DNA of 64,000 nucleotides from Phoronis australis (taxonomy: Eukaryota; Animalia; Phoronida). The notes under the pieces were generated by a model that saw only the letters and a program-made list of their open reading frames with translations, had not been told where the DNA came from and searched no databases. Shown here piece by piece: positions 1 to 12,300 of the stretch. How positions within the stretch are numbered: the first letter of the stretch is position 1; each line of letters begins with the position of its first letter. The DNA lies in the NCBI GenBank assembly GCA_002633005.1, contig NMRA01000010.1, positions 861,252 to 925,251 on the forward strand, given 5' to 3'. Made by a program: the position numbers and the translations under genes.

Positions 1-1764
1 TTCACAAAATCCAAGGAACCCTGTACGCGAAACGAGAACAACGAAGAGCGACCCCCCGCGTTCATCTTTGTCACGAGTGGAAGAATCGATATACGAACAA
101 TAAAAAGCAAATACAAACTAAAAAACGTAAGAGAAAAAAAATGTCAAAGTCTGTAGTACATCCAAAACGGCAAATACAAGACTAGAATGATATTGCATAC
201 ATATTTATTAAAACATATGTTTGATAATAATTAACTTCCACCGTAAATCCACTAACTGCCGATAACATATTCATTGACCAAAAATAACCTCACCAATGCG
301 GATACGAAACAACAAAATCTCACCAAAGTCGGACAAAAGAATCGACAAAATTGGCCTTTTGCCTTTTCAAAGGTTTCTAACCTACGCATTTTGTCTTCTG
401 GTAGAATTTAACAATGCGCTGAAAAGTGAAATGTGTCCATAACTGCACCGCAAACGACATACTTCTAGGGGTATATATAGTATAACTACCACCTTAAATG
501 TAACCCTAAGGTCGAGACCTGATCTTTTCTTTTAACATCGTTCTACACTTGAGCCTATTATGGGTTACGCAAACCACGTAGCAAAATTCCGGCACAATCC
601 CACCGAATTCAAGTGCGTCAAGTTTCGGTAAAATTATCACCACGTCCTTTAGCCAGAAATTGATGGACAATGAATTTCTTGTCAAAAAGAAAACGGCCAA
701 AGGATGCCACCGTAGTTGAAGGCATCCGAAAACCCGACTACCGCTGAGTGCAGGCACATCCCCAATGTACAGTATACCCCGATGTTAGTGAAAATTCATT
801 CAGTCGTTTCGCCAAAAAACTAAAATGGCCAACTGGAGATGTTACAGTAGTCAGTCAGAAGATCAAATAATGCTGGCGAAATGTGTCAAATTTGATCATG
901 ATCCGTGAAGTGGTTTTCAAAAAATCAACCCACAAGCAAACATAACAAAGAACGGACCGGATGTTCTAGACATGTGGCCACATTTTTTGTGGGCGCATAA
1001 AACTGATAAAACATTTTATTTGATGCTACTCATCTTTTTATGAAAAAAATAAATTTGTAAAACACATAGAGTACAATATATTGGTGAGGTTTTACCATGA
1101 CGTGATTACACTCTCACCCAATATTGATGGCACGTCAGCCCAGTAAGCGTGACATGTGAGGTGTAGCCATGATTCTCGACAGTGGCACCCTCCAGTGATT
1201 ACTCTACACAGAATACATGAGAAGAAAATCCTGAGACATTTTACCTGATTTATTGAAGAGTATTTTGGCCCCAGCCTACAAAGAATCTGTCATTCAATCC
1301 TGAGACATTTGACCTGATTTATTGAAGCATAATTCGGCTGAATCTGAAGAAATCCAATACATAAAATGGCTACAAACCCACTTCCGGTCCACCACAAAAG
1401 CTAACCTTTGATTCAGCTTACTTACTCTTATGAATTTGTTCTCAAAATTTTCATTGGTCGAATTAGATATGCAGTGATATCAGGCTTGCAAATAATTGAC
1501 AGTTCTTTGCTGCATTAGACCCATTATTTTGGTATAGGGTCCACCACACTGACCACTGAGTAACACAGGCACTGCAGAATAGAGGACATGTCTGCATCGT
1601 TATCAACTCTATTCAAGGACTGTAATATGATAACATGACAACATTTTTTAATAATTCTTGTAGTTTTCATTTTTAATTTCGATTTATTTTCTGTTTTTCA
1701 CCACAATTAATTTTCTAGCTAATACCCACATGGCACCTTTAGAACATCAATTGGAAAGAAGTCA

Positions 1765-1987
1765 AGGGGTCCATTCAAAGAAAACTGACTTAGCCAAGAC
1801 AAATCTTAAATTTCTGCCAATTTTAAGATAAAAGTTGTCTCAAGTTTGTTTCAAGAAAGATATCTTAAGTTTTATTAAAGTTTGACTTAATTTTGACTTA
1901 CTTAAGGGATGTGGAAGTTTCAAAGTTTGGTAGTTGAGAAAAATCTTAGACTTGAGTCGAAAATGAACAGTTTCTTGGAAAGGGCCT
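1765..1987. mobile_element. Degenerate MITE with imperfect TIRs
   Basis: ggggtccattcaaagaaaactg ... cagtttcttggaaagggcct are approximate reverse complements. Confidence 0.5.
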
Positions 1988-3251
1988 AAGTTGCATATAA
2001 AAATCACAGCCCACTCCTCCTAATCACCTGCAGATGGCGCATTATTAACCATTTTGTTTCTAATGCAATGAACCCAATCTGGTGGAAATAACTGCAGGCA
2101 CACAATTATCTATCAAAGGGGCAGTTGAAATCCCTTCATCAATAGGGCAGAATTCCTTTGAATTCCTTAGAGACCATGCTGGGTAAAGCACCTCCCTTAG
2201 TTTAGTCTTGGTGTAGCACGGTGTGTAGACGCTATTCCCAACTCATGTAAGTTTGGCACAACAAAATGAACTCAATAACTAACAATGAGTCAGTTCAATG
2301 CTGGTGTTATTACACTGGTGTGTGAAATTTTTAAACTTAGCTTGAATGAGGACTTTTTTGACAATTTTCTTTCCAGTTGGACCGTTGTCTGAATATTTTC
2401 TGTACATGCTACTAGCGTGGGGGCAAAAACATTTTGAAAATTTATTTGTACAACACTTCGATTTAATAATCCCGTCTTAACACTGCTCCAACACCTGGAC
2501 TAAATTAGAGCAACAAAAGAAAGAAAATCCGTAGGCTTTGATGTAACACTCATATTACACCAGTGTTAAAACTGCTGTTATGCTGGTTTAACACCCGAGT
2601 TGAGGTGACATCAGTTTGGCAGCACAGCCTTTCCACCAAGTCACTTTACGTAAGGTGGTAGTGCGACACCACCTGAAAACCACCTGCAACCACTGCCTGG
2701 TTGTTGGAAAGTATCCGGGAAGGGGGTCTCACCGTTCTACTCGATATCAAAATTATTTTTGGCATTTCCTATAAAATTCTACTTTTGTGCAATATCAAGA
2801 TAAGAAGAGTGTATTATCCTGTACTATGCAGTTGCTGCATGCGCTTGAAGTCCGAGTTCGGACTTGATGACCTCTACATTCTAACTACAAGATTGAACAA
2901 AGAGTTGAGATTTTGAGTGAAAACTTGAAATTTCAAGTACAGACTCAAGCTTAGAGCCTTAACAATGAGGTCAAAAAGCACAAACTTGGATTCCGAGACA
3001 GTTTCTCACAAAAAACATTATATCCCCAACCATAGAATAATAGACGCTTACCTTGAGTTCAAACAAAAATAGAATAGAAAACGCCAAAAATAATTTTGGG
3101 TTCGATTTTGAGTAAAAAAGATTAGACCCCGGGCTATGACCTATCCATGCATGACTTTAAACATGTTCCTTCCAATAGATACAGGTGTGCTTTCAGACAA
3201 TCAAAACTGCCACCTACCCAATGAAACTACCAACCGCAACAATGTACCGCA

Positions 3252-3364
3252 CTACTTTTTCACACGAATCGTGTAATACATCAAATCCATACTGGTTAAC
3301 TTCAGCCTCTGTCTCATTATATCATCAGTGTCCTTGTCAACCAACTCAAGGTCATAACCTTGAC
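3252..3364 (-). CDS. TPMT: TPMT copy 1 terminal exon 7B (QGYDLELVDKDTDDIMRQRLKLTSMDLMYYTIRVKK*)
   Basis: ttctag| phase 1; TAG stop; conserved in copy 2. Confidence 0.9.
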
Positions 3365-6300
3365 CTAGAAACAAACAGACCAATATAAACGAAGGTAACA
3401 AAACTGAAATAAAACCCAAGTCACTTTGCGTAATAATACACAGACAGTCAGTTACAGGGGAGAAACAATAGACTAGACTAACAACGGCAACCTGTGGTGT
3501 CTTCTTGGGATGATGTTTTAATAAACGTCCAAACATATCAAGCTGATTTAAATCCATCGTCGTTTTTTGAACATATGCTAATACTTGGTATCATGAAGAC
3601 CAGGAGATTTGATTTGAAGTATGATATCAAGTGCAACGACCTTTTAATGACACCATAATTGCAAAAGGCAAGCTTCATATTTCCCGCCATTGATGCTTCA
3701 AAATTAACGGCAACACCGAGTGATGAGTGAACATTGCGAAGGCTCTAAACTGTTCACCAAATTGAGCAACAGCAGTATCATAAGAGGGAAAGGCAACCTT
3801 TTTAGTGCCATTTAGAAGGCAGCCCTTTTAGTGTCATTTAGAAGGCAGCCCTTTTAGTGTCATTTTTATAAAATTATGATCTTTCGGCCACCTTAATTTT
3901 CAATTAACTAGTTCAACATACAATCTAATAAATAAAACAGGAACAACATACCAAATAAAACTTCAAGATCTTTTCTGTTTACATTAAATGGACTTGTTAC
4001 CCTGTCATCGGGGTACTCAAAGGTTTGCACGAATATAACGCCATCTGGTGCAACCAGTGATTGGATGAGAGAGACATACCTGCGAATAACAGACAAAAGA
4101 CACAGCTGAAAAACAACTCTAGAGCTATAGTAAATAAAAAACCAATCAATTTGGTTTGACTGTAAACATTAAGTTGAACACCCACTACTTACGATAAAAA
4201 CTCTCAAATGTGGGACAGTATCTAAAACTTGGGACATGGAAAATTCTGCAAAATTTGAATTTTGAACTTCACCATAATTCTCAAATTTCGGACGTGTTTT
4301 CAATCTAGTTTGCTGCCTCCAGTGATTCTTGTATTTGGGACTGCAATTATTGCTTATTTCAAGAATTTGGTGCAAGCTTTGACCTTGAGTAAAATAAGTA
4401 ATTTATCACTGTCCCAACTTGGAGAATTTTTACCATATTTTTCAAAATCTTAATTCAGTCTAACACAAAAGCACATTACCTACATCACTAAATTGACTTT
4501 CAAACACTAAAGTACACCTTCAAATGCAGAAACCACACACAGTGTAATTTTCGGTCATCACTGGGGACATTGTCTTCTGCCATGCATTCAAAATTGTTGT
4601 GCAGTTGAAACTGACATGGAGACTCATCAGCCACAGAATCTCATTATACACTACATCAAATTCATACCTGACAGTGTCCCAACAAAGAGCCCGAGATGGG
4701 CCCGATAGCTATGCTCTGATACATAACACTCATTATTTCACACTGATTTTTCAAAAGAACCTGTCGTTTTCAGAAGTTTGAGAGCAAAATCCCAACGTCA
4801 TTTACCTAAGTGAAATTGATGACAGCCAGGGATCAGTTGTCGTTTAATGGCTGACCTATTTTTCTGTATACGGCATGTGCAGTATTCAGTGCCAAGGGAG
4901 CAAACTCCACAGAGGAATTTTGCACAAAGTGAATTTCAGTGTCGAANTTTTAGATTAAGAAAAACAATACATTTGAGACATCAATATTAACGGAGCATGC
5001 GGAAAAAATCACACTTGGCACTGTGATAAAGGGTGGAATGCATTGTTTTTAAAGCCTAATTAGAGACTCACTTTTAAAACTACAACTGCGTGAATAAGGT
5101 GTATAACTAGGTAATTGGTGTGGTGGTGAAATATGCTTAATTGGTGTGGTGGTGAAATATGCTTAATTGGTGTGGTGGTGAAATATGCTTTAAATAATAG
5201 GTGTGGTGGTGAAATATGCTTAGTTGGTGTGGTGGTGAAATATGCTTAATTGGTTTGAAGTTCATTCTTTAATTTGCCATTTAAACTAAGTTGCACACAA
5301 TGTCTTCATTTTTTTTGTTCAGTATGAAGTCTTTGTAAAATTTGACGGCACACGCTCTTATAGAACACCACATTTAACAGAAAACATGACACAAAATAAA
5401 CAATATGAATAATCAGCTATTTTTAATGGAGATAATACTCAAATGTTTATCAAGTAGTCAATGTCACAAAACAAAGATTGATTCCTGGCTTTTTGGCAAA
5501 GTCGAAGTCCTTTATAAAGAATTCGCCGCCCAGATAATTCAATTAAATGTTATGCGACAACACGTCACACTCGCTCAAAACAGTCTGATGCATCTTGGTT
5601 GAAATTTTGATTTTCATTTACATACCTTGAGAAGTCATAGAAATCCCCACAGTACATCTTGGTCCTCCCATCATCACTCTGAAAGTGGAAAGTGTACATC
5701 ACATGAAAGGAACTCACTGCAAGAGGATTGTGCATAACTTTCAGTTGGGAAAAACTTCTGATATTATTAAGTATTAACCGAGACTTGGTTGAAAGAGTCT
5801 TGTTTGTACCAGCATCTAATGTAAGCCATCATTCCGGGCTCTGCTATTCAAGAATACACGTGGGGTAACAATTGTCTTCTCAGCCAGGACCATAAATATT
5901 TAGTTAAGCTGTGAGAGACAATTGTATAGCAAGAGCACAGTTCACAAAGAACCGCTTTCAATGACCTTGAACATCAATTTTAAAAGGGGTATTTACAAAA
6001 TGTCCACAAAATTCTAAACCACTAGAAGGACCAGTTAACCTCTTCAAGCCCAAAAATGATGTTCACAACTTAGTGTACCACAAGAGTGGAGCTCAGTTCC
6101 ATGAGAAGAGACTCAAGACAATATTTTGTCTTAAGCTAACACTTCACTACTAATAAATGTTATTTTTAGCTGCAGTTGCTAGCATACCATTACTTAGCAA
6201 TTAGGATTGCAAATTATTTGTCAAGGAATTAGTAACTGTGAGCATATTCTTAAAGACTTTGTGCGTGGATGTTGAAGTGAAAATAACATTTGTGAGGAGG

Positions 6301-9300
6301 GTAATATCAAATATCCGACTTACGTCCTAAGTTACTTAATAAAACACGTCAAAGTGCTACGTTTCGCCTAAACATTTAAGTCATTCATTTTTGGATGTAA
6401 TCAAAATGTTTTTGACAGACACAGATAAACCAGTTTTAGTTATACTATCAAAGAGAAGGAACAAAGAATTCAACACAACAAATCAATTTACCAAGGTAAT
6501 AAGGTTTGAATAAGACATGCATGAGGACCTTGAAATCACAGCAAACTAGATAAATTTTTGCGAAATGACTGACAATTTTTTACAGACCTTGAATAGTTTT
6601 CCACTGTACTGTGTATTCTCATCCACAGTGTAGTCAACACCTTGTTCACTACAAAACTCTTCAATGGCCTGTTGTACATACTCAACACCTACAACAGTGT
6701 GACCCAGGTCAGCCAGCCTGCAATCAACAGTGATCCAAGGTCTAAAATACACAATACTAACCAGACTGTCATACCTAATTACATAGGCCATATGGGTTCA
6801 GTGAATCATGCTCCTCTCAGTGGGGTTACACGTAAATTTCACTTTCTGCAAAGCACCTGAAACGGGGCACTGGTTACCACAGAAGACAATATACTTTTTT
6901 GTGAACTTCAAGTTGAAGCATAGCTCTATGTGGCCTCGCGTGAACAGATGGGCATGGATATGCATTTCAGAAACAATAGCTCTTAAACTGCAATACTTTC
7001 CAAGTTTGTGAAATCTGAACTTATTTTTGACACATGCAAAATATTGAATACAGCTTGCCATAACCATGTTGGGTACTTAGTCTTATCAGGAATGCCTTCC
7101 TGGTCATTAGTAGTTCATACGCACAACTCAAAACAGTAATTTACATTATGAACAACTAAACATGACTACCTACCCAACACAGCTAAGCAGTCATTTGCAG
7201 TTGTGCTGGCAAAATTTACAGTTATTCACGGCTGCAAGTCCTAGGCTACATTTTCTACATTTTTCTGAGCCTGGAAACAATGATTTTGATAAGAAGTCTC
7301 CTGAAAGGCCCGTTTTCAACGTCAAGTTCAAGGAGCATTGCTCCAATGTCCCTACAAGTGAGAGTGATATAGTACTCGCCATCGACATTTTTGTCAATAA
7401 TGATTGCTGACCTTACCTGTTGCATTGGTGGATTGACCCTGGGGGAGTGTACTCATAAAACATTGATAGCTATCGTTCTTAACATTTGCTTTGCATGTAC
7501 TTTTGTGACAATCAGTGGTTGGAGGAAAAATGAGGCAAATGCTCACTTTCTTGAATATCCGGTGTTTAGCACTAAGCAGAAACCAAATATCTAAATTAAA
7601 AAAGGTGATTACTTTTTGTGCTCTGCATAACTGTCAGCCACGTTACATGAGTACGTTAACTTTGTAGTATTTTAATTGTGGTGTTTACTTTGGGGTGTCA
7701 ATCAAGGTATGCACTTTTCAACGCTTGTAACGTTTATATTAGTATTTTATTGTATATCTTTGTTCAAGAGAATGCATCCACAATAGAATTTCAAAGAACA
7801 GGGATTCCACCACACCACATAATTATGTGAAAAGCATGCACGCCTAAACCCCAAAACAATCCCCAAGATATTAATGGAAACCAAAAGCTCATAAACAAAA
7901 ACAATTCAATGGCAATTCTCTTCTGTACAATCTTTAATTTCAAAAGATTCTTGACACAGTATATCAATGATGGAGGAGAATGCCTTGCATATTGTCCAAT
8001 AGAGTGCATCACGTCTTTGGAGTAGATACACCCGGGCATACATACGGGATTGCCAAAGTTAAATGAGAGTCGATATTACTCTTTGTATCTGACTTTTAGT
8101 TCAGAAGTACAATCTGTCAAACGTTCATCCTATATTTATATATGAAATTCGCACATGCGCAACATCACCTGCTATTATAAGCACTGTCCCATTTAAAATC
8201 CTACGGTGCTGCAAAGCATGTAGGACATGTTTTCAATAAGGCATGATGCATCTAGGAGTTTTTATCTCCAGGTACATCTATAGCCTGTGTTTTATTCAAA
8301 GGTGCAGACACAGCTTGATATATACATGCTTATGGGCCTAAATACAAACACATGGGCCAGTTGAAATGCTTATTCTATGTTGTACTGTACATGAGTGAAA
8401 GAAATAAACTTATCAATTTTTAAAAATTGTTATGTGGCTTTCAAACAAGTGAATCGCTGCTTGGAATCGAGCAGTTGTGAATGACTCACCATTTCATATC
8501 CACCGATTTGCCACAGAAAGGGAACAAAATTTTGGCTTTGCGATCACCCACCAGTTTGTCGAGATGTTTAACGAGCATTCTGGAAAAACAACCACATACA
8601 AATCATGAGCAAAACAAAAATCTGACCTGATGAAACACAATCATGACAATCATCAAATTTTGAAAATGTATTCACTAAATTATCGGCAACTTTGTCAGAT
8701 TAACTTACAAAATGTATTAAAAGAAAAATGCAATGCTCCTGGCAAATTAATACTTATAACTGCAGCATAAAAATACATTACTTTAAATAAAAAACCTTAC
8801 TACTGAGTTAAGGAACTCAGATTCTAATAATAACTTCAACGAAAACTTGACCAACAACTTCAACTCACAAACAAAACCAGTTATTTCCTAATTATGTGCA
8901 ATAAATATTTTAACAAAAATTCAGGTAAAAATGGCACCAACATCAACTTACGGGTTTCGAGTGTTCATATGAAAACCCGTCAGTCCACTTTCCCACATTT
9001 CTGCCCATCTGCCATTATCACGGAACACAGTGGCTACGCCATCCACAACCTGTTTGTGTTCATATTTACTGCCACTAGATGGCGGTGCAGGAGTGGGAAC
9101 CGTAACAGATGTACTGTAAACAGATTACGATTAATGTACATTAACATCACAAATATAGACATAAGACATATTTCATTGATTCCACGATTTTGCCCTAAAT
9201 TAACTCTGTTGATTTAAGCCCTGATCAGGTTTTGGAGTAGTTTTCTAACAATACCAGTTACAGTGACATGACACAGAATGAAGACGAATTACCAAAAAAA

Positions 9301-12300
9301 GGTTAGTAAGATGGATAAGCCATTCTGCATAACTATAATTTTGTCTCATCAGTCATTTTAGCTGTTAACAAAATTAGCCTGGGCAAACAGTATTTTGTCT
9401 AATTACTTCTTTCCTGCACTGTATAAGGTCAAAAATAGACACTGTACAAGATCTGTGCTGCATCAAACAGGGGGCGCAATTTGTTACGGGGTGGGGGGTG
9501 CGCAATTTGTTAAGGCGGGGGGAGGTGTAAAGAATGACATGCGGAGTATCCAAGGTTAGTCCCTCAACTTTGCCGGATTTCTCACATCTGAACAACCCAT
9601 GGCATAGCAAGGACTATTTGTTGCCACTGGACAGAGGAGGAATATCTACTCATATAAGAACAAAGAGTCACAGTACAACAGTATGCAAAGACAAATGGCT
9701 TGAGACTGGGACTGGAAATGCAGAGGCAATCTATCAAAAATGGAAAGTCTGGCACTCACTTCTTGCTGTTGGCCATTAATCATTAGTTAACATTATAATT
9801 ACATTGTTAATACCAGCAGGGCTGCCAACTCATTTAGCACATGATCTGTAAACTTCACCTTAAAAAATACATATCTAATATTAATTCAGCGAAAAATTGA
9901 ATGTACAATTAGTAAAATTTTTAGAAAATTTTAATTTCAATCAGTAGATGGTGTTATAACTAAAAAAACAACAAGAATTTTCAGTTTCAAATCGTGCTCC
10001 AACCAAAAAAGCCAGTCATAACATCAATGTTTTGCGGTCACAGTAAATGACTTCACCCTGCCAGATCATGGTAAATCAAATCTCAGTATCTTCTTATAAT
10101 TGCTCACCCACACCAATGTATTAGGGTTCTGAGAGCTGAATGGGCGTGATGAAATGCTGTAGTTTTGCCTTTTTCAAAGTGTACAGAAAAATTTGAGACA
10201 GTCTCTAAACTTTGGAATACTGTGGAACATCAAGGTAAATGACCGTTTGTTGTTGATTGTAATTCTTGAATTTGGAATGGCCAGTATGGCATAATTCTAA
10301 AATCTGGTCCAAGCTGCAACTTTCAGCAAAATACTTAATTTTCCACAGTGGAAAATAAAATACACATTTGGGAAGCCATAGAAGTCCAAGTCAGTAAACC
10401 AAGTCTCAACAGAGATCCTGGCCTCGATCTTACTGCTGTATAATATGTTGTACTAGAGGGGTTTCCCCTGTAAGGGATTTCCATGCTATTTTTAATGGGC
10501 AACAGAGGGCACACCTGGTGGTGAAACAAGTCCGTGAGACATGGACGAAATGGCATACACCAACGTTATCTGCTTCAAATGTAATCCTTTTCACCTAGTC
10601 TAGCGTTTGAATGGAGCACAAGAATACTCACTGTATCATTGTGTAAGCTTCTTATTTCAGGGGAATCCCAAGACACTAGGGGTCACATGACTTGCGGTCA
10701 CAAGTGTTGGCACAGTGCAGACACGAAACAACTTCAAGGGATAATTTAAGGCTGAGGAAATATCCAAGGTATTCTGAATGATTACGGATAGTCGTGTTAT
10801 TGGTCGATCTTAATCTGCCTCCATCTCCAGCAATCTGGCACCTCCAAACATTGACGTCTTTAAACATAATTTTTATGTTGAGGGGAATTTTTAAGAGATA
10901 TAAATGCTCAAAATTTGTAACAGTTCAAAAGTCATACATAGTAATTACAATTGGGTAACTGTGTAGCAGTTGGCAGCCCTGTGCAAGTCTTGTTTCGTGA
11001 ATAAAAGAGCTCTTCAATGACAAGTCACTCAATGAGTAATTACTGACCTTCGCTTGGTTTTATTTTGTTCATTATCAATTGAACAATGGCATATAGACTA
11101 CCAACCTTAGTGGAATCCACTGCCATTCATTTATTAGTATGTGAAAAAGGGCACTGATTTGTCACCTAGATTTTGTTACAGAAATACACCCAGTTGTGGG
11201 AAATGAAAAATCAACCAATAATGAAAGGGGTTGTTTAGGAGGTAAAAATATCGGATAGGTCTAAGTGTACCCATGCCCCCTGAATCCTAGGACCTGAAAA
11301 AGTATGTCTAATTAAGAGGGAACAAACAGATGCCATCGAAATGGAGATTGAACCCATGGACTTGTCCTTTCCATTGCAACAAATAACCAAAGTTATGACA
11401 GAACTTTATTAGACAAGTGATAAGAAATCATACAAACCTTCTCACTTTAAGCAGGTAATAGATGGCGTTAGCGTAACTGAGATTACAAAATTTGACCAGC
11501 ATTTCAAAAGGTTGAGATTCCAGATGATCAATGTGAAAATTCTCGCCTGAAATGACAACATGCAGGACTCACGTATGAAAATTTTGGAAATTAACCACTT
11601 CATCTCAATTCACCACAAACAAAAACCATTGAGAACTAACATGTGTGTATGTGTGTGTGTGTGTGTACGCGCACATAAAAAATTAGTGTCAGTTTACAAC
11701 ATATTGTCTCTCAGATTTAGAAATTTAGCAAAAAGTAATGGCACTGGCTTAATCACAGTGGATTCAAATTTCAAAAAAATGATTCCAGCAAAACACATTA
11801 CCGTAAATCTTGTCTAGATCATCGCGAAACACAGCATGTGGAGCAGAGAACTTTTCATCACCATATGGGTACTCAAATGCTTCCAGTAGGCAGGCGCCAT
11901 CTGGTGACAATAAAGAGTACATCAGGTTGGCATATCTGTAAAGAGCATATCAGGAGATATATTGGGCATTGCAATTGAAGAATATGCATTAACTCACAAT
12001 TATATAAGTGTTGTTGCAATATTTGAACAAGGCATCTGGTCAGACTCAACAAAGATGTGTGTGTGAGCGCATAAATAATTAGTTCCTGACCAGCTTTAGT
12101 TACAATACTTTGCCTCTCATATTTAGAAATATAGTAAAAAAGAAGGCGCCATCTGGTGACAATAAAGAGCACATCAGGTTGACATATCTGTAAAGAGCAT
12201 ATCAGGAGAGTGTATTGTAATTGAAGGAAATGCTTTAACTCACAAATATCTAAGCATTGCTGCAATATTGGAACAAGTCATCAGGTCAGATTTAACAAAC

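Noticed and set aside
5112-5254. CRISPR-like regular repeats (also 57039-57120, 14700-14835)
   Set aside because: No unique ~30-bp spacers, eukaryotic context, no cas genes; these are simple tandem or internal repeats
9760-9858. Candidate extra exon (aag|GTGAAG ... GAA|gtgagt) in the fusion intron
   Set aside because: Stops in the frames tested, and the donor is atgagt in copy 2
8952-11546. Domains A and B as two separate single-domain genes
   Set aside because: Exon 7A has a conserved donor instead of a conserved stop, and exon 1B has a conserved in-phase acceptor with no ATG before its conserved region, in both paralogs. Less parsimonious, though not excluded without transcripts.
11890-11906. 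CTCF-like CACCAGATGGCGC inside exons 6A/6B
   Set aside because: Explained by Pro-Asp-Gly codons (CCA GAT GGC)
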